A DNA stretch of 64,000 nucleotides from the human T2T-CHM13v2.0 reference genome, Homo sapiens. The position numbers were made by a program, and so were the translations under genes. This document shows positions 1-12,151 of the stretch, piece by piece. The notes below the pieces were generated by a model. That model was not told the DNA's origin and made no database searches. It saw only the letters and a list, made by a program, of their open reading frames with translations. Positions within the stretch are counted from its first letter, which is position 1. Each line of letters starts with the position of its first letter. The stretch lies in assembly GCF_009914755.1 (NCBI RefSeq), contig NC_060930.1; one strand, written 5' to 3'.

Positions 1-692
1 CAGCTTTAAATACATGACATATCTGGGGAGTACAAAGTCAATTTAATGAATGCCCATAAGGAAAGAACTTTTCTGCCTTTACCTTTCTTCCTTCCCTATT
101 TGTGCCTGATGGAATGTGATTAAATACCATGTGCATTTGATAGATGCAGCTTACTAATATTATTATAGGATTGTTGCAGCTAGTTTGGGATGTGAGATTT
201 GGCAACTTTTTTTTTCTTGTATGTTATTTACCTATTTTGGGAGAACTTTCCTCCTTTTTGGTTCTTTGGAATGGAGTTTATCAAGTAAGAGTCATTTGGT
301 TGTTGCCAAATACGATGTGATTGGGAAGATAGGAGAGGGATATAAGCACAAGGCAGGGGAGGAGAGAAGGACCACAATCCTTGTCCCTGGCCTACTGCTT
401 GATACAGGTCCAGTAACATAGAAAAAGATTTAACATCACAATGAGTTTGGAATTTTTATTTATTTTAGGACTAGATATTTTAAATAACTGAATTGAGATT
501 TAATTGTGATTAAACCATAGGATTTCTTGTTGCCTAAGACTGATCAAACAAGTTATGGGATTATGGGAATTTTTATCAGGGATCAAGGAAGAAACTTCCC
601 CCACTAAACACATTTTAAAGAGCTGTTTAGAGAAAAGAAGCATTATTTTACTCTATACCCAGGAGTCTTGCTTGTTTAATATATCTGTAACA
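1..692 (+). mobile_element. possible ancient LTR remnant (family unassigned)
   Basis: Ends in an LTR-like terminus ...ATATCTGTAACA, preceded by a degenerate polyA-signal-like region; recognised by general resemblance only. Confidence 0.3.
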
Positions 693-3600
693 CATATATT
701 GTGCATGTTTGCAAGAATGTGGTTCAGGTTTCTTCCCCTGTGGATTGATACAAACTCTTCAACAAGAGTGACTAAAGGGAAAAATACTCTTTCTCTGTTC
801 TGGATAATATTTTTATCTATTTTCTTTTGGTCTTCATTGGCTGATCCTCTGCCCTAAATGGTAGAGCATTATTAAGGTCAAAGAAATGGAATAATATAGA
901 GTTTGCTTTGTAGTTCTTTCCATGTGGTCCAATTGCCTAATCAACTTTTCTGTCCTGCATTTACTTTAGTTACTCCTACTAGGACCTGAGCACGGAGTTT
1001 TCAGAAGGGCCCTAGGCCCTGTCAGAGGGTTAAGAGGGACGTGCTCTCAAACTCCTTATTTCTTCCTAGGAGTGTATGTTTTTGGTGAGCAAAGCAACTG
1101 CTGAGCAGGAGAATAGGATGATAATGGTCCCCAGTATAATAAAGCGGAAGGGATGTTGAAAAGAGGAATATGATAGTGTGGTATCACATTGCATCCTAAC
1201 TGCTGAATTGTTCAATGGGCTTTTGCAAAGTTAAGTACCATTCTGAAAGATAGGATCTGTACAGTTTTCTTAAACTGCCATGAGTGAGCTATGAGCCTAA
1301 GGTATAGTCCTCATCCCATGGAAGAGGTGAACAAGGGCCTCATTTTTAGTAGCATAAATTCCAAGAATCTGCCAAGGCCGTAGGAAACAGTTAAAAGAGA
1401 AAGACAGGAAGTGGCAAGGAAATTGATACTAATCAGAAATTTCCGAGGCCTCTCATATGGAATACGCTGACCCTCAAAGTTTCTTTTTGGCAAGAAGAGA
1501 CCATAGAGTTTCTATACCTGAATACTTAACCTAAGTATGGGTGGGTTGAAGTAGAGTTGAAGAGATGTGGACTCTTTGTGAGACCTGTAGCCAAATACAG
1601 TTTTCAAACTTGATTTGTCAGTGGCAGGTGTGGCCACACAAATAAAATCTGCTTTTAAGTTTAATTATATCAGTACAATCTCAAGTACCATGTTTACATA
1701 TTCAAGACTGATAGTTGATGGATTTTTCCTATATTAACCATTTAAGTAAGATAATTATTTGCCATTCTGTGACATTTAATTACAATGCTATGACTAATTT
1801 ATATAGTTGGAAGAAAAAATTGCTTTATATGTCATTTAAGATTTGTATGAACACATTTAAACTGCAGAAAAGATTGCTTAGAAAAATGCAGAGCTGGCTC
1901 CCAAGAGCTCTTGATTACCTTCTGTATCAAGACCATTTTTTTAAAATTGGCTGTACTATCACAGCATAATTTCAAGGTGACCACCTGTCAAAGAGCTTCT
2001 GCGGGAAAAAGGCAAAATGTCTCCCTGTCTTATTTGTACATTTATTTTTATAAACATTTCTAATTTTCCAGAGGGTATTATAGGCTAAAATTTAATGGGA
2101 TGGTAATAGTTAGCAATGAGTAAATAACATGAATTCTCAGTTGATGTAAATTTCATGCCAGGTTTGAATGATGAAGGTAAAAGCTAGCATGGAGACTAGA
2201 AACACATTTAATAGCAGATGTTCAGTTGTGCAGGAGAGATCTACATAAATAACAAAGTTTGCCCTACTTGTGTTGAGAGCATTCAATTTCTTTTTTTTCC
2301 CAGGAAGTGAATTGTACTTTGGACTGAGCCGAGTCATAATTAAGCTGTACTAAGAAAACATTCAAGTAACAATGATTTGCAAATGATCAAATTATTGTCA
2401 GCTTAGCATGGGGCTTCACCAGCTGGAGTGATTTCTCTATTATAACCATATGTCTGTTAATAAATTTGATTCAAATGTATAACAATTACAAATATTTTAG
2501 AGACTGGGCAGAGCAATTAAAATCAGGTAAGGTTGTTCTTGTGACTTGGTCTTAAAATAAATGAAGAGACTACAATGATGAAGCTAAATGCTACTTGGTT
2601 AGAGACTGCAAGATGCGATAAAGCAGTTAGCATGTCTAAAATCGAATTGTTTCAGATGTAGTATGTTGACCCATCACACAGGATGGCTTAATAGAGTGTC
2701 ACTTAAAACACTGAAAGCACCGTGCAGGCTTCAGAGGAATTCCCCTGTTATCTTCCTGAGTTTACCTCATGAATGTTTCAATAAAAGTGGAGAAGAATGA
2801 TCATTAGCAAAGTGGAATTACAGAGTAGGTCATTTGGGGGCACAATACTGTACCTGACTTTTAAAAAAGTAATGATCTTGGTAAAGGTACAAGTGAAAAA
2901 GAGACTTTTTGGGGAGTATTTTTTCTTACGTCTTTGAAGGAGTAGAAGCTTCATCTTCCAGGAATTTTTAATCTTCCTTTCTCCCTAAATCTGCTCTTTG
3001 AGCTCCTTAAGATACATTAATCTGCAATGTCCCACTGTCTCCTATCGCATTTCCCAGTTTAAATTATCTGGAAAAGGCAACTGTACTTCTGTACCATCTT
3101 TACAAATTCATGATCTTACTAAAAAGTGTGTTACTGAAACTGCTGACCTCTCTCATCCTCACATCTTACAAAAACACAGTCCTGACAGCTGTATTAGCAA
3201 AATTGTAAATCCAGTAAAGAAGTTATTAATATGGAAAGGTCAGTACATGTCAGAAATGGTAAAGTGTGGATAACTGATAGAAAATTACAAATTGGGAACT
3301 GCTTTGAAGAAGGCAAAAGAGCCTTTAACTGGTTCAAAATATTTGAAATTTTGATAATTTGTTTAATGACTTGAATCATCATAATCTTTTGGAAATTGAT
3401 TGGATCATGTATATTTTTCTTTGAGGGCAAATTTCTTCTACATCTTTATTTCTTTTTTCTCACACACTGAATTGTTCCTTTTTTAGCTATATATTTTATG
3501 GTATAACTTTTAATTCTTCCTTGTAGAAAAACAACATGGTTTCTGGAAGACTCAGTTATTCTTCCCAGAAATTTTAGATTTTTTGAGACACAAACAAACA

Positions 3601-4034
3601 TATGAAGAAACAGTTTCTGAATCTTAAAAACCACATTGAGTTCCAGTTCTAAAATCAGCGGTAAATATAGGCATATAAAACAATGTAAACTCTACTTGTC
3701 ATCAGAACAGTAGCCTATGGACATAGTAAGTGTTTAATATTATTTTTGAATCAATTATTTTTATTTTTAGAAACAAAAAGGCAAAGATGAGACTGTATTT
3801 CCTGAGTGGTATAAACTAACAATTGTCTATTCAAAGAATATAGCTGTTTGTCTGCTCTTATGTAATATTCTTAATTATCTGAAAGAGGAATGGCCTAGTG
3901 AGAACTCCACCTTTTAGATGTCCATGACCTCTTCCAAGTAGTCAGTAACTTGCTATGGGAGATGAGCCTGGGAATTCTGTAAGGTAATTAGAATGTTACT
4001 TTTAAATCTGGATCATTGCATTTTATGTTAATTT

Positions 4035-4220
4035 TCTCACTTGTTCTTTACAATAACTTTTTGAAATTTGATTATGTAGGCAGGACAGTTACGGTTGCTT
4101 TTTACAGATAAACAAACTGAGGCTGTGAGAAGTAAAAGGATTTCCCCAAGTTCATTCAACCAGCAGTGAAACAGTTTGTATTGAAACAAAGGATGTTTGA
4201 CTCCTACTCCTAGGCTGCCT
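4035..4220 (-). mobile_element. MIR SINE
   Basis: TTTACAGATAAACAAACTGAGGCTGTGAGAAGTAAAAGGATTTCCCCAAG resembles the reverse-complement MIR core. Confidence 0.75.
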
Positions 4221-5589
4221 GATGCAGTAAAGGCATCAGAAGCCAAATGAATGTATAAGTTCACAAAGGATTAGATACATTTTGATGTCAGATTCATAAC
4301 AGATTGTTAAAGGTCATCAGGTGTTCTTAATATACACTTCCTGCTTCTTCAGGGTAATGTCATGGTGGGTAACCATGCAATCCCCTAAAAAACCCTTTGC
4401 TGTCACTGTCAGAGACAGATTTCTGGACTCCAGGCCCATTGGCCTGTCCCAGTGAGTCATTTCTCAAGTTCTTATCTTTTGGATACAGAAGCATATTACT
4501 TGAGAGTGTGAAGGGGAAGTTGGCTTTAATCTTAATTGCCTGCATAACAGTATTTTTAAAATGATCTCACTCTGTAAAATATAAAACGCTACCACTACCA
4601 TAGAAGTCAGGAATGTTAGAGCAGAGCAAAGATTATTAGAAAAGTCAAGCTTGCAATATACATTCCATCCCTCTGAATTTGCCATTAAAACACGGTTGCA
4701 GTTCCAAGCAGACCATAGCCAGACTGCAGAATGCACAGTCTGTGTAACTACTCTATCCCTACTCAATTTGCATGCCAGGACAGAACAGGTATTTATCTAA
4801 ATGTTATGTAATTTTTTTTGTTTCCTTGATGTTACTGTGCTCCTCTAACGTCTTTGTTTAAATCGCTTGTTTATGAAAATAGCGCAATATAGGTTATGGG
4901 TATGATGCATGTGGCTTCTCATATGATAGATATTTTGTTAATCAACATTTTAATTTTACTATGTTCATTCCATGATTAAGCCAGTTACTTGATCTTATTA
5001 GGGATTTACCTGATTTGACTAAAAGAGCTACGGAGCCAAAACCATGGGTTCAAGTACTGAAGCAGCTGTTTTTGTTGGCCAATATAAGATAAATACAACC
5101 TGGCTTAGATAGCACTTATACTCTGATGCGTCCTAAATCTAAACAGATAATATATTATGCTTTCAGTTGCCTGTTTTCGCAGTAACTCATGATTTCACAT
5201 AATAAAAGAAACTATGTACAAAAAAACATTTAATTCCCAGACTTTTACAGAAGTGGCCTAGGAGAGGGGGTGAGGATACCCGATTCTGTGTTGGTTTCAC
5301 ATGTAGACAGTTAATCTGACTCAGAATGCTACTGCTTTCCACGGTAAAGGGAAAGCTCATGACTAAAGTGTGCAGCAGAAATGGAAACTTCTAAGATCCA
5401 TGCTGTTGTTGAGTTTTAAACATTTTATACAACATTTTAGTGGGTACAAGCTATTTTCCAGGCTTATAGTAATTTCTGATACATCTCTTGCTGGCTGAGA
5501 AAGGTGATCAAGTGTATAAATTCCATAACATATCAAATCTCTATTCACTCATATATTCCCATGCACACATGCCTCGAAGCCGGAAGATT

Positions 5590-5700
5590 TGGATTAGAGC
5601 CTGTGCTGGTGCTGCTGCTTATTTGCCCTGTCATCTTGGGCAGGTTATTTTAGGTCGTAGGTTCTTAGTTACTTCCTTTGTGAAATGTGAAGATCAAATC
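5590..5700 (+). mobile_element. MIR fragment
   Basis: CTGTCATCTTGGGCAGGTTATTT...TCTTAGTTACTTCCTTTGTGAAATG resembles the MIR core. Confidence 0.55.
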
Positions 5701-6207
5701 TGCTTTGATTAATTTAGCATGCTCTAGCCTAGCAAAATTCTTAATGATAAAAAGTAATTATTATTAGTAGTAAGTTTTTGGCATGGAATATGACAGTACA
5801 TGTAAAAATACTCTGAAGACTTTAAAACACTATGTTTAGTTAGCTACTACTGAATAATTATTTCAAATAATGTTAACATAAACATATGCTAAGCATGTAC
5901 TCAAATAGAATGTTTGCCTATATAACATTTTAAAGGTAAGTTTTAAAGTATCAAGTGAAAATATTTTTGATTTGTATGTATATATAAATGTATGTGTATA
6001 TATACATTCTTAATATGGTATAGCATGTGACTATCACAATTCCTAATCTAGATATTTTACTCTGTGATCTTGGGCAAGGTATTTTCCTTTGCTCACCTAA
6101 ATAGGTTTTTTAAAACTTTTTACTTTATCTATTAAATGTAAAGTAAAACAATCTGTATCAGAGATTTGTGGGCAGAATTAAAGGAAGCCAGAGTACTTGG
6201 ATCTTCA

Positions 6208-6511
<304 letters not shown>

Positions 6512-8029
6512 GAAATAGATCTTCAATAGACCCTCACTAATTATTATTAGAATATGGATCATGCAAAATTGTATGACAGCCAAGTTAGGTTTCAAAACAT
6601 ATCTTCCCACTCTAATATATAATGCTTCACAAATTTTTCTACATGTAAATAATAATGTACATATCAGAAAGAATAAATTGATGTGGCTTAGAGGTAGAGC
6701 TTTTACATATGGAAGACCCTGAAATCTTTAATTTTCTACTAAGCTAGGGGCATAAACTGCACTTTTAAAATTTCATAACCCTATACCTTTCCAGGAGCTA
6801 GTACATATTGTTTGATGAATTCTTACAAAACTTAAAAGATGAGAGAGGAATTATTATAAAAAGGAACAGATGATAGAATCACCTGGGGGCATCCATAGCT
6901 CTCAGGCATGTATTTTCCTACATAGTTGCTGGGTCCATGCTGCTATTGTTCCTCCCTCTGGGGACAGCACACATGTGCAGCCACATGCAGTGTAGCAGGA
7001 CATCCTTCTCCCATATCCTCCTCCCTGTCATACTCTTAATTGGTCTAATGAGCTATGTTGACATGGAGCTCTCTCTACTACTATGTTCTCAGGACATGGG
7101 AAACAGCACATTTTCCTGTGTGACCCAAATGGGGCATCTCTAAAAAACGTAGTAGTAGCTGCACATCCGGCGTGTCTATCCATGGGAGGGTTAAGGAAAC
7201 CTACCATAAGTCTGCTCTTGGGTGGACTTTTTCAAATTGAGTTCTCTCATTGCTTCAAAGATACCAAGTCAGGACACAGAGATATACTTGGATCTTCAAA
7301 TGTTTATTTTATTTTTCTTTAAATCTGAGCAGGATTTACAGGTCTTTTCTCTCCCCCTTCCACCCCTCAACAAATGTGTTGAACATAGGTCTATTTCATT
7401 TAGGTCCTAAGCAATGTGCTCTACCAATGATCTATGCTGCCTCAGGGCTTGGCTGAATTTAATGATTTATTTGGATCCACAGATAGCTGCCTAGTCAATA
7501 ATCTTTGATGTGGGAATGTAAATGATTACATTTGAAGATTGCATATGAAGAGCAATAATTATGCCTACATTTTCATATATCTGTGAATACTTTAAAATAT
7601 ATGTGAGAATAGATTAATTTTAAAAACTTGCGACTTTACTCTTCTAATTAGCTTTTCATTGGAAAAGCATGAGTTCAGAATTACTTGAAACAAATTTTTC
7701 TTCTTCTCTAGAAGGGGATTCATTTAAGACTAGGAATGGTAGGACATGCTGTAGGTGGAACTAAAGCTGAAGAAACATACACAATGGACAATTTATGACC
7801 TAAGAGCTAAAAATAATTGACAACAAAACTGCTGCCTATTATGTTAAGGTTCTCTTCTGGGGATTAATGGAATAAGATCATTATAACTAGAGGCCTCTTG
7901 TGGACATGGTACAGGTATATGAAAACATTCATATCAATAATGAAGGGAATCTATATAAGGCATTTTCATGAAATTTGTGAATCATCATAATTAGGACTAC
8001 CAGTGTAACTGTCACAGTACATTGGACAG

Positions 8030-8222
8030 TTCTATTCTAGGCTCTTTTATTTTATATTTACAGCCAAAGGATGAGCTAATCATTATATCCTCATCTGGTA
8101 GATGCATTATTTGAGAGGTTAATTATTATGCCTGTGGTCACCCATCTTAAAAGTCAGTAGAGGGAGTAGTTAAACTCATGTCTGTCTGATTTAGAGCCGG
8201 TGTCTTAGCCACTACTTTACAG
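8030..8222 (-). mobile_element. MIR SINE
   Basis: GAGAGGTTAATTATTATGCCTGTGGTCAC...TCTGTCTGATTTAGAGCC...TCTTAGCCACTAC resembles reverse MIR. Confidence 0.65.
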
Positions 8223-8468
8223 TATCTCTAAAATGACTTACTCAAGATTTTAAAAAGTAATAATAATAACTTGAAGTAATTGGTAAACAATAACTAAAAT
8301 AGAATTTAAAATACAAACCTGCAACTGGAATCAAAAGTTCAATTGCCAAATTGGTAAGATAGAGATTTCACTTAGTGAAATTTCACATAAAAAAGAGTTG
8401 AGGAGGCTACAGCAAGGGAATTTTGTGTTAACATTGTGATTTAGCTCCAAAACCCTTGACTATATTAA

Positions 8469-8663
8469 CAGCATTTCTTCATGGGTCAGCTACTGGGTTT
8501 TGGGTAGGATAATTTTTCACCGTGCAGAGCAGTCTCTGTTTGACAAGAGACTTAGGATCCATAGGCCTTACCCAATACTGCCGGTAGTACATCCAGGCAA
8601 TGAGATAATAATTCACATATAAAACACTCTTTACTCCTGCAATGGCTTGGTTGAGAACTACTG
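8469..8663 (-). mobile_element. MER20-family hAT-Charlie DNA transposon
   Basis: TTTTGGGTAGGATAATTTTT...TGCCGGTAGTAC...GGTTGAGAACTACTG terminal repeat. Confidence 0.7.
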
Positions 8664-8959
8664 CAGTAGTAGACATATACTAGTCAATAAAAGAGGAAAT
8701 AATAGGTAAATATTTCTTTGAACTAGTCAGAAATTACTGAGCCCATTTTCATCATATTTAAAAAGAAACCTTTATTACTAAAAGAAATTTCAGAGAATAA
8801 TTGATTCAAAATTGTTGAATTTTTGCGAAACATCCTAGTACATGTGTAATACATTTTTCTCATTGCCTAACTAGTTTTCATTGGATTTCAGTCACATGCA
8901 ACCAAACTGTCCTAACTAATATGTTAGCACAAGGTTCCTAAGACTTAGAAGAGTATATT

Positions 8960-9282
8960 ACAAGAAATGCCACAAGAATTGGGATTCTTTAATCTGAAAT
9001 AATGTTGACAGAGGACATGATGTTTTCCAAAATTTGACGGAAAAAAATGGCTTAGGAATTAGATTTGTATCATGGACCCCAAATAGCAAATCTGAGGCCG
9101 GTGCTTTGATAAGAGAATAATTAGAAATGGCTTTAAAATAAAAGAACTATCTTGAGAGATGGGGACTTTTTTTTTTATCATTGTATGTGTTCAAGGGGAT
9201 GCAGCCTTCTCAGATGTTGTCTGTGAATGAGATGGGCGGTTGGCCTCTTGAGGTCTCATTCAGTGATGTTAGACCCTATGAG
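8960..9282 (+). mobile_element. L3/CR1 LINE 3' fragment
   Basis: AAGAATTGGGATTCTTTAATCTG...GGACATGAT...TCATTGTATGTGTTCAAG...CCTCTTGAGGTCTCATTC follows the L3 3' end in order. Confidence 0.6.
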
Positions 9283-11088
9283 TCTATCTCTTTTGGGTGT
9301 AAGGTCATTGCAGATTCACTTACTTCTAACATTTTTTTTCATAAAATGCGCTTATTTTACTTCTACATTCTCTGAATACACATCAAGTAATACATTCTCC
9401 TGAAGACCTAATTTTAGATGCACAAAAACTGCATAGATTTAGACTGAGATCAAAATATCAAGCAGCACATCAGGGTCCCCAGAGCTTTCTGCACCTGAAA
9501 AGAAGAAAAGAAAAATCCAAACACTTTATTAGCAACTGTACACTTTCCTTAGAACACGTAGGCTTAGCCTGCTGTGTTCCCATCAGTTAGTCTTCCCTCC
9601 TCTGGGGAGGCACTCAAAGCCAAGCTCATCAGGGCTGCAAAACATTCTGTGAAGAAACAAAGCATTCATGGTTAATGAACTGGTCCTGCAGGACTAGCCT
9701 GTTAATGGGAAACTGGCCCTCAGTAACACTAAGGTGAAAGATTTTTCCTGCCCTCACATCCTTCCCTCCCAACTTACTCTTATTTCTACAGGAGAAGAAA
9801 AACCTCTTTGATTACTATAAGTTCTTATGAGGCTACGAAAATCTCCTATTGGAATCACCATAATTCTGTGAAACACAGAATTGGCCCAAAAGTTCTGCAA
9901 TCAGCAAGGATTACACAATGTACAGATGCTTTGTTCCTCATTTCCCTTGATTCAGGGTGTATTTATTCACTTAAAATTGTGTTACACCCTAAAGAGGAAA
10001 TAGAAGAAGACATCATGAGATATTTGACTTAGTAAAATTTTTAGTATTTCACTCATTTCCAGGATAAGTGCCTGAATGGAAGAACTTGGATCTTAGACCT
10101 CACTAGGATTAATTATCTAAAATGCAGATCAGCCCTGCTTGCTGTTCCTATGAGAGGATGATCCTTTTATTCTGCTATGTAATTAATTTCACCCTGCCCT
10201 CCTATTGCCACCTCTCTTTTTGGCTTTCCTCTGACCAACTTTTCTAATGGAAGGCCCATGAGATGTACTATGGATCACCTGCTCGTCCGTGTGTTACACA
10301 GTTTTTTAAAAATGCTTTGTTTTTCAATAGTATTTCTATTATAAATTTACTCTTGTGCCGAATGTCTCAATTCTGTATCCCATTGTTGATTTCTATAGAG
10401 CTCTGTATTTCTTACTTTCTTATTGACTCTTTCCCTGGGACACCCTTTACTACCTAATAAAATGTAATCTGCCAATAGCAAGCTCACTTCACTTTTGCAA
10501 TACTCACAACTGCATCCTCGCAGTATTGGGACCTCAGATTCTGCTGTTTCTAGACTTGGACACATTGGCGTGTTGTGTCCCACTGCTCTATATACCACAA
10601 ATACTTTTCCATACGAATTTTAGACTTTGGAATTCACTTTATTATTCCTGGACTAATTTCTCACTGCTTTAGACATGGACTTCTCTCATTGCCACAAAAA
10701 CTTTAATATATATCTTAAACACTGAAAATAAGAGTACTAAAAACTTTATAGGAAATAGTCACCTGTCCTAGGAGGCTTTTTATTATGAGACCCAAGTATT
10801 TCTATATTAAATATCCATCCTCAGGTAGATACAAACGATCAAATGTGCCTTCCAAGTTTACTTGCCCTAACTTGTCAATACTAACATTATTCCTTGTGTT
10901 AAATGCTTCTTAGTCCCAGTAACAACCTCACACCCAGATAAAGATGCATTCCTCAACCCACACCTCTTTTTTGGTGAAGATATTGAGACAATAAATAGAT
11001 AAATATCTTGTTTAACCTTTAGGACCTAAGTAGAGTAATAGCTGAATCCAGATCTCAGGTGCATGTATTCTCAGCCAAGTCCTTTCTT

Positions 11089-11192
11089 TTCTTTAAATTT
11101 TTTTTATTATTATACTTTAAGTTCTAGGGTACATGTGCACAACACACAGGTTTGTTACATATGTATACATGTGCCATGTCTACAACCATCTG
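11089..11192 (-). mobile_element. tiny 5'-inverted L1PA (PA4/5-like) insertion
   Basis: T-rich tail, then TATACTTTAAGTTCTAGGGTACATGTGCACAAC...GTGCCATGT (L1 3' end), then sense ORF2 piece TCTACAACCATCTG; TSD GTCCTTTCTT at 11079-11088 and 11193-11202. Confidence 0.9.
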
Positions 11193-11580
11193 GTCCTTTC
11201 TTATGTAAGGGGTATAACAGTGGTGTTTGAAATCAGCATTACATTTCACTTTTAATATCTTCCTTCCTTAGCCTGATTTCTTTTGAATCTTAAATATTTT
11301 TTAATCAGAAATTTCCTCCATCACTGACTTGCATTTTGGCCCAAGTGGAAAATTGAGGTCCTCCCATAGAGAAGTTTCCCTTGACTTTAAATACTTAAAG
11401 GTTAACAATTGATTATAATCCTCCATTTCTATTACATAACCAAAAGAGTAAGTAAAATTTGAATTAGTTAGCAGATGTGGCAAATATGTATAAAAATGTA
11501 AAAGTCCAAGTGAGGTACTTTGATATAATTTAAAAATTATAAATAAAACACAGCAAAATGAGGAAGACCAGTAAAGAGAG

Positions 11581-11819
11581 CTGTGGTGGAAATGCAAATT
11601 AATATAACCTCTATGGAAAACAGTATGGATATTTCTCCAAGAACTAATGATAGAACTGCCATTTGGTCCAGCAATCCCACTATTGGGTATCTACCCAAAA
11701 GAAAAGAAGTCATTATATCAAATAGATACCTGCACTTGTACATCACAGCACTATTCACAATAGCAAAGATATAGAATCAACCTAAATGCCCATCAGTGGC
11801 TGATTAGATAAATAAAATG

Positions 11820-11884
<65 letters not shown>

Positions 11885-12151
11885 CTATTCAGCCATAAAA
11901 AAGAATAAAATAATATATGTTGCAGCAACATGGATGCAACTGGAGGCCATTATCTTAAGTGAAACAACTCAGAATGTCAAAACGCATATGTTCTCACTTC
12001 TAAGTGGGAACTAAATAATATGTACACATGGACATAGAATGTGGAATAATAGACATTGGAGACTCAGATGGGTGGAAGGGTGGGAGGGGGTGAGGGATGA
12101 TAAATGACTTAATAGGTACAATGTACATTATTTGGGTGATAGTTACACTAA
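11581..12151 (+). mobile_element. L1MA-type 3' fragment (ORF2 end and 3'UTR)
   Basis: CCAGCAATCCCACTATTGGGTATCTACCC, GCAGCAACATGGATGCAACTGGAGGCCATTATC, GGGGTGAGGGATGA; ORF 11583..11774 ends in ITALFTIAK, as in the L1 ORF2 C-terminus. Confidence 0.92.
11823..11878. repeat. (AT)28 microsatellite
   Basis: Perfect AT dinucleotide run inside the L1MA. Confidence 0.98.

Noticed and set aside
6860-7240. GC-richer stretch with several overlapping short ORFs
   Set aside because: No recognisable protein motif or splice structure; probably an old repeat I cannot assign
9750-9800. Strong-looking plus-strand acceptor ...TTATTTCTACAG at 9791
   Set aside because: No convincing downstream donor or coding frame
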